Below are positions 1 to 12,845 of a DNA stretch of 64,000 nt, piece by piece. Source of the DNA: Chiloscyllium plagiosum (taxonomy: Eukaryota); assembly GCF_004010195.1 (NCBI RefSeq), contig NC_057756.1:7005095-7069094 (forward strand). Direction: 5' to 3'. Within the stretch, counting starts at the first letter, position 1, and every line of letters begins with the position of its first letter. The translations under genes and the position numbers were made by a program. The notes beneath the pieces were generated by a model. That model searched no databases, had not been told where the DNA came from, and saw only the letters and a list, made by a program, of their open reading frames with translations.

Positions 1-210
1 CACCCATTGTACTCTATGCTACTTTCTCCCCACCCCCACCCTCCTCTAGCTTATCTCTCCACGCTCCAGGCTCACTGCCTTTATTCCTGATGAAGGGCTT
101 TTCCCGAAACGTCGATTTTGAAGCTCCTTGGAGGCTGCCTGAACGGCTGTGCCCTTCCAGCACCACTGATCCAGAATCTAGTTTCCAACGTCTGCAGTCA
201 TTGTTTTTAC
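1..210 (+). mobile_element. Penelope-like element terminal fragment with hammerhead motif at 83-117
   Basis: attc-CTGATGA-agggcttttccc-GAAA-CGTC. Downstream sequence matches the terminus attached to the GIY-YIG remnant at 24.2-25.0 kb. Confidence 0.75.
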
Positions 211-295
211 CTTCTGGAATATTGTTCTGGTCATCCAGTTATAGGAAGGATATTATCAAGCTGGAGAGGGTTCAGAAGAGATTTACCAGGACGAT

Positions 296-610
296 TTAGA
301 TTAGATTCCCTACAGTGTGGAAACAGACCCTTTGGCCCAACCAGTCCACACCGACCCTCTGAAGAGTAACCCACCCAGACCCATTTCCCTCTGACTAATG
401 CACCTAACACTATGGGCAATTTAGCATGGCCAATTCACCTGACCTGCACATCTCTTTGGACTGTGGGAGGAAACCAGAGCACCCAGAGGAAACCCACGCA
501 GACATGAGGAGAATGTGCAAACTCCACACAGAGAGTCGCTCGAGGCTTGAATCAAACCTGGGACCCTGGCGCTGTGAGGCAGCAGTGCTAACCACTGAGC
601 CACCGTGCTC
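296..610 (-). mobile_element. HE1 V-SINE, full length (representative copy)
   Basis: tRNA-like head (GTGGCTCAGTGG A box, GGTTTGATTC B-box-like), V-domain TGTGTGGAGTTTGCACATTCTCC, (AATCT)n tail. About 30 related copies, e.g. 5165, 7418, 13040, 18555, 25514, 38908, 42015, 44490. Confidence 0.85.
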
Positions 611-2984
611 AGGTTTGAGTTATAAGGAAAGGCAGGGACCTTTTAATCACTGGAGTGTAAGAGGCTGCGAGGTGACCTTATTGAGGTTTATAAAATCATG
701 AGGAATATAGACGGAGTTAATTGCGGGTGTCTTTTCCCTAGGATGTGGATTTCAAGATGAGGAGGCATATTTTTTAAGGTGAGAGGTAGAAAGATTTTTT
801 AAAAAGACACAAGAGGCTTTGTTTTACGCAGAGGGTGGTTCGCATGTGAAATGAACTTCCTGAGGAAGTGGTGGATATGGGTACAATTGCAATGTTTAAA
901 AGACATTTGGATAAGTACATGGATAGGAAAGGTTTGGAGGGATATGGGCCAGGAGCAGGCAGGTGGGACTAGTTTAGTTTAGGATTATGGTCGGCATGGA
1001 GTAGTTGGATCAAACGGTCTGTTTCTGTGCAGATGCAATCAAATCCCTTCATGTTTGGCCATATCAACACTCTCTGGTTAATTGTAAAACGTGTTGTGAT
1101 AGGTGGAAGAGTGGGACCAGAAATAAATCTGAGCAAGCCTCCAACATTAGTTTCAACGATATCCATGAGCTTGTAATTTTCTGACTGGAATGCCATATAG
1201 GGCTTTATTAGAAGCTCTGATAAAATCCATGGATCAAACAGACTTAGCTCACTGACCCTCATGTTATTTTTGTTCTCCTAGATTTATAGGGAATGTAAAT
1301 TGTATCTTTTCATGGGTTAGTAAAGCATACTTTTTTTCTGCAATTGTTTTGAAGCCCAAAATGAGGAATGTTAGAATTTTACTGGATAGAATCCCTACAG
1401 TGTGGAAGCAGGCCATCAGCCCATCAAAGAAGAGCGTCCCACCCAGACCCACCTTATCCTCGTAACCCTGCATTTCCCACCCAGCCTGCGCATCCCTGGG
1501 AACTATGGACAATTTAGCACGGTCAGTCCACCCTAACCTGCACATTGTTGGACAGTGGGAGGAAACCAGAGCACCCAGAGGACACCCACGCAGAAAAGGG
1601 GAGAATATACAATATCACCTGAGGCCGGACTAATACCTGGATGTCTGCTGCTATGAGACAGCAATGTTAAGCACTGAGCCACTGTGTCCGAAGTAGGCTG
1701 TATTATAAGAACTAGGAGCAGGAGTTGGCCATCCGGCCCTTCAAATCTGCTCCACCACTCAATAAGATCATGGCTAATCTTTTTGTGGACTCAGCTCCAC
1801 TTACCCGTGTTATTATCATATCCCCTTAATTTCTTAATTTTTTTTCAAAAGTGTATCTACCTTAGCTTTAACAGTGATTACTGAAATAGTTGCAACTATT
1901 TCCCTGGGCAAGGAATTCCATCGATTAACAACCCTCTGGGTGAAGACCTTCCTTTTCTGTACCTGTGTTATACCTGTAGATAGGTGACCCGCTGAAAAGT
2001 AAGGGCAGTCCAACGATTCAAACAAGACCTTGCTTGACCAAAGCCACACTGACAGTCCTTAACTAATTCACGCCCTTCCAAAATGACCATGAACTCTGTC
2101 TCCTTTAAATGTCCATATGAATGAGAACAAGTCATAGGGTAAAAATCATTTGATGGAAATTAGATCTCCATGCTTAATCTGAACACTCCCTAATTACCAA
2201 CCTTTTGTGATTCATTTATGAGTATGTTCAGATTCATCTGCATTGCATCATTCTGCATCCACTGTCCATTAAATATGTATTCTTCCTCACAATTTGGACA
2301 ACCTCTCATTTTTCCACATCATATTCTGTTGATTAAATGTCTTGCCCGCTCTCCTGATGTAATGACATACCTTTGCAGACTCTCCGGACAACCCACTGCC
2401 TTGCTATCGTCAGCAAATTTGTCCCTTCATCCAAGTCCCTGATGTAGATTGCAAAGTTTTAGTCTCTGTGCCTCTCTCAGTCTGAAAGTGACCTAAAGAG
2501 ATACCAGGAGATTGAAGGGACAGTAAATTTGGACGAGACGTGAGGTGAAACGTTTTTAGCCATAGAGTGGTGGGAATCTGGGGCTCACTGCCTGTAAGGG
2601 TGAGAGAGGCAGAAACTCTCATAACATACCAGAATTATGGAATGAGCTGCCAGAGGAAGTGGTGGAGGCTGGTACAATTGCAACATTTAAAAGGCATTCG
2701 GATGGGTATATGAATTGGAGGGATGTAGGCTGGGTGCTGGCAGGTGGGACTAGATTGGGTTGGGATATCTGGTCAGCATGGACAGGTCGGACCGAAGGGT
2801 CTGTTTCCATGCTGTACACCTCTATGACTCCAGTATTTAGATGTGCGCTTGTGAATGCAAGGCTATGGGCCAAGTGCTGGAACAATGGGGTTCGAATTGT
2901 TGGGTGGTTAGTTTTGACCAGCATGGATATGATAGGCCAAATGATCTTTTTCCGTGCTGTAGAGCTCTTTGACTTTATTGTCAT

Positions 2985-3590
2985 TTGCCGTGCAGGAGTT
3001 GGGAGGTCATGTTGTGGCTACACAGGAAATTGGTTTGGCCACTTCTCAAATACTGTATTCATTTCTGGTCTCCTGGCTCTTTGAAAGACGTTGTGAAACC
3101 CGAAAGGGTTCAGAAAAGATTTACGAGGATGTTGGCAGGGTTGGAGGGTTTGAGCTATCGGGGAAGGCTGATTAAGCTAGGCTATTTTCCCTGGAACCTC
3201 AGAGGTGAGGGGTGACCTTATAGAGGTTTGAAAATTAATCATGAGGGGCATGGATAGTTTGAATCGTCAGGCTCTTTTCCCCAAGGTAGGAGAGTCCAGA
3301 ACTAGAGGGCGTAGGTTTAAGGTGAGAGGGGAAAGATTTAAAAGGGACCTAAAGGACAACTTTTTCATGCAGAGGGTGGTGCATGTATGGAATGAGCTGC
3401 CAGAGGAGGTGATAGAGGAGGTGATACAGCATTTAAAAGGCATATGGATTGGTATATGAATAGGAAGGTTTGGAGGGATATGGGCCAAGTTCTGGCCAAT
3501 TGGACTAGATTTATTTAGGATATCTCATCAGCATGGATGAGTTGGACTGAAGGGTCTGCTTCCATGCTGTATATCTCTATGATGCTATGA
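2985..3590 (+). mobile_element. HER1/CR1 3' fragment
   Basis: ERVQKRFTRM...TRGRRFKVRGERF...VWNELPEEV. Similar fragments at ~215-1030 (split by a SINE), 2632-2832, 8415-8930, 12845-13585, 43130-44080, 48860-49560 and 50050-50800. Confidence 0.85.
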
Positions 3591-6500
3591 AGCAATTCAA
3601 ATACACTAGTTTTATAGTCTTGAGCAAAGATTTGGAGTGGGAATCAGTACAATGTAGGAGCGACCGTGTTCAATGAAGTACACAGTGAACTGGTAGAATG
3701 CCTGAATTGCTGTGCTCTTCCAGCACCACTGATCCAGAATCTGGTTTCCAGCATCTGCAGTCATTGTTTTTACCTCGTTGATTTTAACTGGTAGAAATTG
3801 ACAGGAACAAATGCTTTGTACCTTTCAACAAAGACAAAACAGGAGGCAGTCATTTGCACAAACTGCAATGACCAATTGTTTCTCAAACAGTATCAACAAT
3901 CTTTCTTCCTAATGCCAAGCACGCAGTGAAACAAATACTGCCAAAGGAAATACACAAAGCCCCCTCACTTGAAAACTACAGACTATTTTCATGTATACGT
4001 TTTCAATACCAGGACTCTCATCAGATTAGGTCATGCCTAGTTTAGCGAACATTACCCTTATAAATGTTCGTGGATAAAATTTATCTAAAATTATACTTGT
4101 AAGATTTGTAAAAGTGCATTACAAAACATTTTGACTTGAAAACTGTGTAAAATTCAATTTATAATAAAGTCCAACTTGTCTCTATATATCAGTATCTTCC
4201 ACTTTTAGGTGTCTCAATGTGATTATAATGTTCTTAATATAATATATTCCATAGTCAGTTAGACAACCTGACAGCAAATCAAAACGAAAATCATGGAAAA
4301 TATAACAGAAATACACTTTTCCGCATGCAGTATTGTCTGTGCTCAATGCAGTTTCCAAACTCTTGATGTTCACAAGTAGCTGGTCTGGTATCATGCCTGC
4401 AGTCTAGGGAGAGGCCACTTTAGTCTGCAATGACCCTCCGAAAAGTATCCAATCCAGACTCTCCTGTCCCCCTCCCCCTACCACTCCTATCACCCTCCCC
4501 CCACCACCATAACCCCTGCATGGCTAATCCATCCAGACTGCATATCCCTACATAACAATTTAGCATGACCAATACACCTTACTTGCACATCCTTGGACTG
4601 TGGGGGGAAACTGGAGAAAACCCCACGCAGGGAACACGCAAACTCCACAAAGGCAGTCACCCAAGGCTATAATTGAACCAGGATTCCTGATGCTGTGAGG
4701 CAGCAGCATTAAACACTGAGCCACCGTGCCCCCCCCCCCCCCAACCCCCACCTTATTTTAAAGTTTCCAGAGCCTCAGAAAACTCTGGCTGAAAGACCCT
4801 TCCCTATTGAGCCCTGTGGAGGCTGCCCTCAGCTTAGAGTCACAGAGATGTACAGCGTGGAAACAAACCCTTCAGTCCATGCCGACTAGATAATCTAAAC
4901 TAATCTAGTCCAGCACTTGTTCCTAAACCCTCCAAATCCTTCCAATAATATATCCATCCTTTTAAATGTTTTAATTATACCAGCCTCCATCACTTCCTCT
5001 CGCAGCTCATTCCATACACGCAGCAGCCTCTTTGTGAAAAAATCTCCCTTAGCTCGTAGTTCTACACTTTGGAACACTTAGTTTAAGACAGCTCTTTTCA
5101 CTGGGTATACCAGCGTGTTTCAGGAATGTGGTAATCCCGACAATGGGGAATCACTAATTAATCTCAGCACGGTGGCGCAGTGGTTAGCACTGCTGCCTCA
5201 CGGCTCCAGGGGCTTGGGTTCGATTCCAGCCTCAGGCAACTGTCTGTGTGGAATTTGCATGGGTCTCCTCCGGGTGCTCTAGTTTCCTCCCACCATCCGA
5301 AGATGTGCAGGTTAGGTGAATTAGCCATGCTAAATTGCCTTGTAATGTTCAGGGATGGGTTGGCTACATGCATTAATCAGGGGAAATATAGCGTAAGAGG
5401 GATAGGAGAATGAGTTTAGGTGGGCTACTCTTTGGAGGATTGGTGTGGGCCAAATGGCCTGTTTCCACACTGTAGTGTTCATCAGGGATGTGTTGGTCAG
5501 GTGTATTCATGAGGGATAAATGGAGAGTATTAGGATAGGGGAACAGGTTTGGGTGCGATATTCCTCGGAGGGTCAGTGTGGATTTGCTGGGCCGAAGGGC
5601 CTGTTTCCACACTCTAGGGATTCTATGATTCCTCATGGAGCTTGTTGAGTGAGAGTTCCCTTGGTAACAAGTACGGGCCTGCCCTGGAACTCATTACCGG
5701 AGCCCTTTGTCAAGCAGACCTGGATATCTCTGAACAGGTTGATAGGCAAAATAGATAAAGGGCAGACCCAGAAAGGCGCTCTTGTGGCACAATGGTAGTG
5801 TGCCTCCCACGGGATCCAGAGCCTGGGTTCAAATCCCCCTTGCTCCAATGGTGTATAATACCATCTTTGAACAGGTTGATTATGGGGGTAAACAAATAAA
5901 GTAGACCCAGTCCTACCCCTCCCTCACTTTGTTGGCGTCCATTGTTTGTGATAGATTTTGTGTGTAAATGTCAAATTGGCTGTATAGCAAATTTGCTGGT
6001 AATGGTTAAAAGTGCAAAAAATGAAGTAATAGAATCCGTACAATGTGGAGGCAGGCTATTCAGCCCATCAAGTCCATGGTGACCCTCCAAAGAGCAAATC
6101 ACCACTCCTACCCTAACCCTGTACTTTCCATAACCAATCCACTTAACCTTGCACATCTTTGGGAGCGTGAGAGGAAACGAACGCAGACACACAAAGTCAC
6201 CCATGGCTACAATCGAATCTGGCCCCCAGTGCCATGAGGTGGCTGTACTAGCCATTGAGTCGTGGTAGGCTTAGTGTTGGAAATGTTATTCAGTTATGTG
6301 TAAGAGCTCTCCTGAATAAGAAAAAGAAAGCAGACCCATGGGAATGTTGCCAGGTCTCAAGGGCCTGAGTTACAGGGAGACGTTGGACAAACCAGAATTT
6401 CTTTCTTTAGAACATAGGTGACTGGGGAGGGTGGGGGTGGTGTCGGCCATTATAGAAATGTATAAGGTCATGGGAGGCATGGATAAGGTGAATGCACTGT

Positions 6501-7911
6501 GTTTTTTCCCAGGATTGGGGAATCGAGGACTAGAGGGTATCAGTTTAAGGTTAGAGGGGAAAGAATAAAAGGGAACCTGAGGGGCAACGTTTTTACACAG
6601 AGGAATGTCGTGGGGGTGTGCCTTTTTTAGTATCAGTTGAACTAGGCCTTGAAGCTTGTTTGAAGGTCCTAGTAATGGGATACTCTGCCAAGTGACCGCC
6701 AGGGAACCACCCGACAGTCCCTCCAATCTCCATCCTCCCGCAGTACATCTCTGGGTATTATATTGAGGACTGCAACCAGCTGGACTTGTGGTGTATCTCA
6801 GTATAAAATTCTCCACTGAAGGGATAGGTTCCACAGCACAGGAGACAGGAATCATACAGTACAGCAAAGGCCCTTCGGCCCATCCAATTTGCGCTGGCAA
6901 CAAAACTGCTCTAAATCTACACCAGTCCCGCTTTTCAGCACCAGGCCCAAAGCCTTCAACATTAGGATACTTCAAGTGCTCATCCAGGTACTTTTTAAAG
7001 GCTATGAGTTTCCCTCTTCTCTATGACCCTCCCTGCAGTGGATTCTGGATCTCATGGGCGGAACTCATTTTCCTCAAATACCCTCTAAACCTTCTTTCAA
7101 TGTAAAATTGTTCCCCTACTCCCCCCTTGTTTTTGTAACATTGTCAAAGGAGAATCGCTGCTTTCTACCAACCTAGTCCATGCCTCTCACAAGCTTATAC
7201 ACCTCTCTCAGCTGCCCTCAACCTTCTCTGCGTGAAAGAAACCTGAGTTTATCCAGTCTCTCTTCAGAACCGAAATATTCCATCCCAGGCAACATCCTGG
7301 TGAACCTCCACCGCATCCCCTCCAGTACGATCACTTACTTCCGAGAGTGTGACAATCCCAGAACTACACACAGCACTCCAGTTAAATAGCTAAACAGTCT
7401 TGTCCAGCTCCAACATAGGGTGGCATGGTGGCTCAGTGGGTTAGCACTGCTGCCTCATAGCGCCAGGAACCTGGGTTCGATTCCAGCCTCCGGGCGATTG
7501 TATGTGTGGAGTTTTGCACATTCTCCCTGTGTCTGGGTACTCTGGTTTCCTCCTGCAGTCCAAAGATGCACAGGCCAGTGAATTGGCCATGCTAAATTGT
7601 CCCATAGTGTTAGGTGCATTAGTCAGGAGTAAATATAGGGTAGGGGAATGGGTCTGGGTGGGTTACTCTTCAGAGGGTCGGTGTGGATTTGTTGGGCCAA
7701 AGGGCCTGTTTCAATACTGTAGCTAATCTAAACTCCCTGCTGCCATGTACACCTTCTTAATTACCCTATTAACCTGTCCTTCAGGTAACTGTAGACAAGA
7801 TCCTAATTTGGAGCATTTAGTAGCAACAGTGTCCAGCCCCCAACTTTAGCAACCAATACAGAAATTGCTGAAAAAATGTCAGCAGGTCTGACAGCATCTG
7901 CTGGAGAGGCA

Positions 7912-8225
7912 ACAGTGGTATTATTATGCTGGACTGTTCATCCAAAGCCTCAGATAATGTTCTGGGGGCACTTGGGTCCAAATCCTGTACACAGCAGGTG
8001 GTGGAATTTGAATTTGATGAAAATCTGCAATTAAAGGTCCCAATGGTGACCACGCATCCATCGTCAGGAAAAACCCATCGCTAATGTCCTTTAGGGAAGG
8101 AAATTGCGGTCCTTACCTGGTCTGGGCCTACATGCGACTCCAGACCCACAGCAATGTGGCTGACTCTTAACTGCCCTCTGGGCAAATAGGGATGGGTAAT
8201 AAATGCTGGTCTAACCAGTGACATA
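7912..8225 (+). mobile_element. Second tRNA-derived SINE family with a LINE-type 3' tail (SacSINE1-like, from recall)
   Basis: tRNA-like head and tail ccttacctggtctgggcctacatg.gactccag...cttaactgccctctgggcaa. Tail recurs at ~20780-20840 and 37795-37940. Confidence 0.5.
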
Positions 8226-9635
8226 CTGACGTTCTTACGTTCTTATCAGTGAGAGGGCAGGTAAAGGGAGCTGAGCCCACCCTATTGCTGGGGGCAGCAG
8301 GTTCAAAAGGCCAGATGGCCTACTCCTGCTCCTAGTTCTTATGATCTTATACTCATCCTGTGCATAAATTTTAAAAAATTATAGAGAAAATTAATGTTTT
8401 GGGTTCAGTGTCATCGAGTTACAGAGAAATACAGCACACAACCAGACCCTTCGGTCCAACTTGTCCATGCCGACCAGATATGCTATATTAAACACATCCA
8501 ATTTGCCAGCATTTGGTCCATATGCCTCTAAACCCTTCCTAGTCATACACCCACCCAGATGGCCCTTAAGTGTTGTAATTGTACCAGCCTACACCACTTC
8601 ATCTGGCAGCTCATTCCATACATGCACCACCCTCTGCGTGAAAAATCTATGCCCTCCAATTTTGGACTCGCCTAGTCTTAGGAAAAGGCCATAAGACCAT
8701 AAGACATAGAAGTGGAAGTAAGGCCATTCAACCCATCGAGGCCACTCCACAATTTAATCATGGCTTAGACCTTAACTATTCACGCTATCCAAGTCCCTCA
8801 TGATTTTATAAATCTCTATAAACCAGCATCTGATGCTCCAGGGAAAACAGCCCTAGCCTATTCAGCCTCTCCCTACAGCTCAAACCCTCCAACCCTGATA
8901 ATGTCCTGGTAAATCCTTTCTGAACAGGGACCCATCTTTAGAACGTGGCACCATCAGGACAGTTCAAACCATAATGACACATAACGTTTGTCTATCAAGG
9001 ATCCACATGAAGTTGGCATACAGGATGAGGCAGAGTTGGACATTTTATGTTGATGCCACCACAGCAGAAACACCTAAATGATTTCACCCTTGCATCTCAC
9101 ACTCCCTGGCCAATCAGGTTAATAGGGTAATTAAGAAGGTGTACATGGACAGTCAACAATGTAGTGTCAGTGGAGATTTTGGGAAGACATTCTGGAGCAA
9201 GACCAACTTCTGAAACAATACTAGCACCAAGCTAGTATTGAAAGCTGAGGTTTCACAATGATTCAGTGCAGACACAATATTGCCTTAATTTGGTGGTGAT
9301 TGGTGAGCCACAGAGAACTCCACACATTGTCAATGGTATGTACTTCACCACTTCAGTTTCATTTGTCAGTCAACTGGATGTAGAAACTCACTGATTACTC
9401 ATTCCCCAGCGATTTCAGGCAACACAGGGCAGAACAATCAATTGTCTGCAGACAAAAGCCAAACACTGAGACAATTTGTTATTTCCCTTCATTACATCGG
9501 TAAAGAAACATGTGTTTGCATAATATATCACTTGTAGTAACAAACATGGAACAACAATGCCTCATTTTCCCACACAGGCTAATTATATTTCTACATGCGG
9601 CTCTCTTGTTTCCTGTGTTCAGATTTGTTTTGTAG

Positions 9636-9665
9636 GTGCAATTATTAAACAGCAGTGGTTGTTTG
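9636..9665 (+). CDS. Candidate 30-nt phase-1/1 micro-exon upstream of gene A exon A1
   Basis: Long pyrimidine tract ...ttttgtag|GT GCA ATT ATT AAA CAG CAG TGG TTG TTT G|gtaagc. Open and in frame with A1. Confidence 0.3.
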
Positions 9666-9774
9666 GTAAGCCTTTACTGTGCATTGTTATAGGTGCAGAT
9701 GTTGGCAAAATAAATCGCTTCTTTAAGACCTAATGCAAAGGATTATAAAAAAGACCTTGCATTACACAGGGTGA

Positions 9775-9991
9775 AAATGTGTTGCTGGAAAAGCGCAGCA
9801 GGTCAGGCAGCATCCAAGGAGCAGGAGAACGACGTTTCGGGCATAAGCCCTTCTTCAGGAATGGGCTGAAGAAGGGCTTATGCCCGAAACGTCGATTCTC
9901 CTGTTCCTTGGATGCTGCCTGACATGCTGCGCTTTTCCAGCAACACATTTTCAGCTCTGATCTCCAGCATCTGCAGACCTCACTTTCTCCT
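9775..9991. mobile_element. Inverted pair of PLE termini with two hammerhead cores, TSD-flanked
   Basis: Palindromic arms. cattacacagggtga duplicated at 9760-9774 and 9992-10006. Confidence 0.8.
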
Positions 9992-10440
9992 CATTACACA
10001 GGGTGATTCAAGATTTGATGTGCGTAATTTGCTTATGGATTGTTGATCCTTGTTTCAAGGGGATGGTTTTTATAGAAAGCCTTATTGTAATGGCAGCTCA
10101 GTGGTAAGCACTGCTGCCTCACAGTGACATGGGTTCGATTCCAGCCTCAGGTGACTGTCTGTGTGGAGTTTGCACGTTCTCCCCATGTCTATGTGGGTTT
10201 TCTCTGGTTGTCTCCCACAGTCCAAAGATGTGCATTCTGGATGGATTGGCCAAGCTACTGTGTCCAGGAATGTGCAATCTGGGGTGGTTGGTTAGCCACA
10301 GGAAAAGCAGGAATACAGGGATGGGGTAGGGGGTGGTCTGGGTGGGATGCTCTTCGGAAGGTCGGTGTGGACTGGATGGGCCAAATGGCTTGCTTCCACA
10401 CTATGAGTTGCACAAGGTGCTGGTGAGACCACACGCTGGT

Positions 10441-11115
10441 GGGGCGGCATAGTGGCTCAGTGGTTAGCAGGGCTGTCTCACAGCGCCAGGGACCTGGGTT
10501 CGATTCCCACCTCGGGGCAACTGTCTGTGTGTAGTTTGCACATTCTTCCTGTGTCTGCGTGGGTTTCCTCCAGGTGCTCCAGTTTCCTCCCACAATCCAA
10601 AGTTGTGCAGGTTAGGGTGGATTGGCCTTGATAAATTGTGCCATAGCGTTCAGGGATGTGTAGTTTAGGGTGGACTGGCCATGCTAAATTGCCCATCGTG
10701 TCCAGGGATGTGTAGGTAAGGGTGGATTAGCCATGCTAAATTGCCCATCGTGTCCAGGGATGTGTAGGTAAGGGTGGATTGGCCATGCTAAATTGCCCAT
10801 AGTGTCCAGGGATGTGTAGGTAAGGGTGGATTGGCCATGCTAAATTGCCCATCGTGTCCAGGAATGTGTAGGTAAGGGTGGATTGGCCATGCTAAATTGC
10901 CCATAGTTTCCAGGGATGTGCAGGTTAGGGTGGATTGGCCATGCTAAATTGTCCCATAGTGTTCAGAATATGTAGGTTAGGTGTATTAGTCAGGGGTAAA
11001 TGTAGAGTAGTAGAGTAAGGGAAAGAGTCTGGATGGGTTACTCTTCGGAGGGTCGGTGTGGATCTGTTGGGCTGAAGGGCCTGTTTCCACACGGTAGATA
11101 TCCTATGATTCTATG
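10441..11115 (+). repeat. HE1 SINE with internal 52-53 bp tandem expansion (~7 units)
   Basis: Unit gggatgtgtaggt(t/a)agggtggattggccatgctaaattgcccat(a/c)gtgtcca. Confidence 0.85.
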
Positions 11116-11300
11116 AAAGGGTACCAAAGTGGATACAAGGAGAGTCAGAGCAGCCATGATTGTTTTGAATGGTACACCAGGTAGAGGGGCCAAATGGCCT
11201 CCTCCCATTCCTATATCTTACAGCCTTATGCTGCATGTTGGGTCTAACTGATCAGATTTAAGCTGATGGTCTTAAAGACATATGGATTCTATTTTTACAG

Positions 11301-11579
11301 AACCTGTTTCCAAGCCCGATATCAGTCTGAGCAGTTCAGAGGTGGTGGAGAATAATGGAACTGTCACCTTGCACTGCAACCTGACTGGTCATTCCCCGTC
11401 CATTCAGTGGATCAAGGATGGTCAATACCTGCAGTATAATGACAGGATGAATATGTCATCAGACAATCACACATTAATACTAACAGCAGTGAATCGGTCT
11501 GATACAGGAGATTATCAGTGTGAAGGTTACAACACTGTCAGTCGCAACATAAGTGATGTCCTGTCTCTTATCGTCTATT
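11301..11579 (+). CDS. Gene A (CEACAM-like IgSF), IgC2 A-type exon A1
   Basis: Acceptor tttttacag|, donor |gtaagt, 279 nt, phase 1/1. Reads EPVSKP...VTLHC...IQWIKDG...DTGDYQC...LIVY. Confidence 0.93.
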
Positions 11580-11724
11580 GTAAGTATGGATATCTATCTG
11601 TCTGCCTGCCATTCTGTTTATCTATCCATCTATCTCTTTCCCTCTCTGTCTGCCCCTCTGTTTTATTAAGTGCTCCAAAAGCTTGTGATTTTAAATAAAC
11701 CTGGTGTTGTGTGGGCTATAATGT

Positions 11725-12845
11725 GGTGATAGTGAGGACTGCAGATGCTGGAAATCAGAGTCAAAGAGTTTGGTGCTGTAAAAGCACAGTGGTTTAGGCA
11801 GTGTCCGAGGAACAGGAGATTCGACATTTCGGGCATAAGCCCTTCATCAGGAATGAGGCTTGTGGGCCAAGAGGGCTGAGAAATAAATGGGAGGAGGGGT
11901 GGGGCTGGGGAGAAGGTAGCTGGGAATGCAATAGGTCGATGAAGATGGGGGAGAAAGTGATAGGTCGGAGGGGAGGGTGGAGCGGGAAAGATTAAGAGGG
12001 CGGTGCTGAGTTGGAGGCTTCGGATTGGGATAAGTTGGGGGACCTTCATCTGCCTATTGCACTCTCAGCTCCCTTCCCCGCAGCCCCACCCCCCCTCCCA
12101 ATTATCTCTCAGCCCCCTTGGCCCACAAGCCTCATTCCTGATGAAGGGCTTATGTCCGAAACATCGATTCTCCTGCTCCTCGGATGCTGCCTTTACATCC
12201 GATTGTGGCTGATCTCATCCCAGCCTCCATTCCACTCCGCTGCCCATTTAACCTATTATTAATTTGAAATCTGTTTATCTCCTCCTTTCATTTACTCACT
12301 GTCCCAGCATCCACTGCACTCTGAGGGAGTGAATTCCACAGATTCACCCCCTCTGGAGAAAATAGCATTTCTTCCTCCATTTCTTTTCTGTTATCAATCT
12401 GCTACCCAATATTCCAGAACAATGGCCTCTCAGTCTAGATCACTCCACATGAGGAACACCTCATCTTCTGCCTTGGGACTCTCCAACCACACTGGAACAA
12501 TGTGGATTTCACCAGTTTACCCAATACCCCTCCCCTCCACCTTATCCCAGTCCCACCTTGGCCGGTCCTACCTGTCTATCCCCCTTCCCACCTGTCTGCT
12601 TCACCTCCTCTCCGACCTACCTCCTTCTCCCCCACCTTCATCTTCCTATCGCATTCCCAGTTTCCTTCCCCCCAGCCGCATTTATCTCTTAGCCACCTTG
12701 GCCCACAAGCCTCATTCCTGACAAAGGGCTTGTGCCCGAAATGTCGACTGTCCTGCTCTTCGGATGCTGCCTGACCTGCTGTGCTTTTTCAGTGTCATAC
12801 TCTTCAAATCTGATCCCCAGCATCTGCAATCCTCATTTTGTCCTC
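11725..12845. mobile_element. Cluster of PLE terminal fragments (one inverted pair plus a further + copy)
   Basis: CTGATGA/GAAA motifs near 11820-11852 (-) and 12137 (+), a decayed copy near 12716 (+), C-rich PLE 3' sequence. Confidence 0.7.

Noticed and set aside
969..1262. 97-aa minus-strand ORF in semi-unique DNA
   Set aside because: No recognisable motif or splice context, and it runs into a LINE tail.
1980..1998. 19-nt AG...GTAAGG micro-exon candidate
   Set aside because: It is not frame-symmetric, has a stop in phase 1, and has no partner exon.
5165..5240. tRNA gene-like A/B boxes (many copies)
   Set aside because: These are tRNA-derived SINE heads continuing into the V-domain, with no acceptor stem or terminator.
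9216..9240. 10-bp hairpin caatactagc/gctagtattg
   Set aside because: Too short to interpret without other support.
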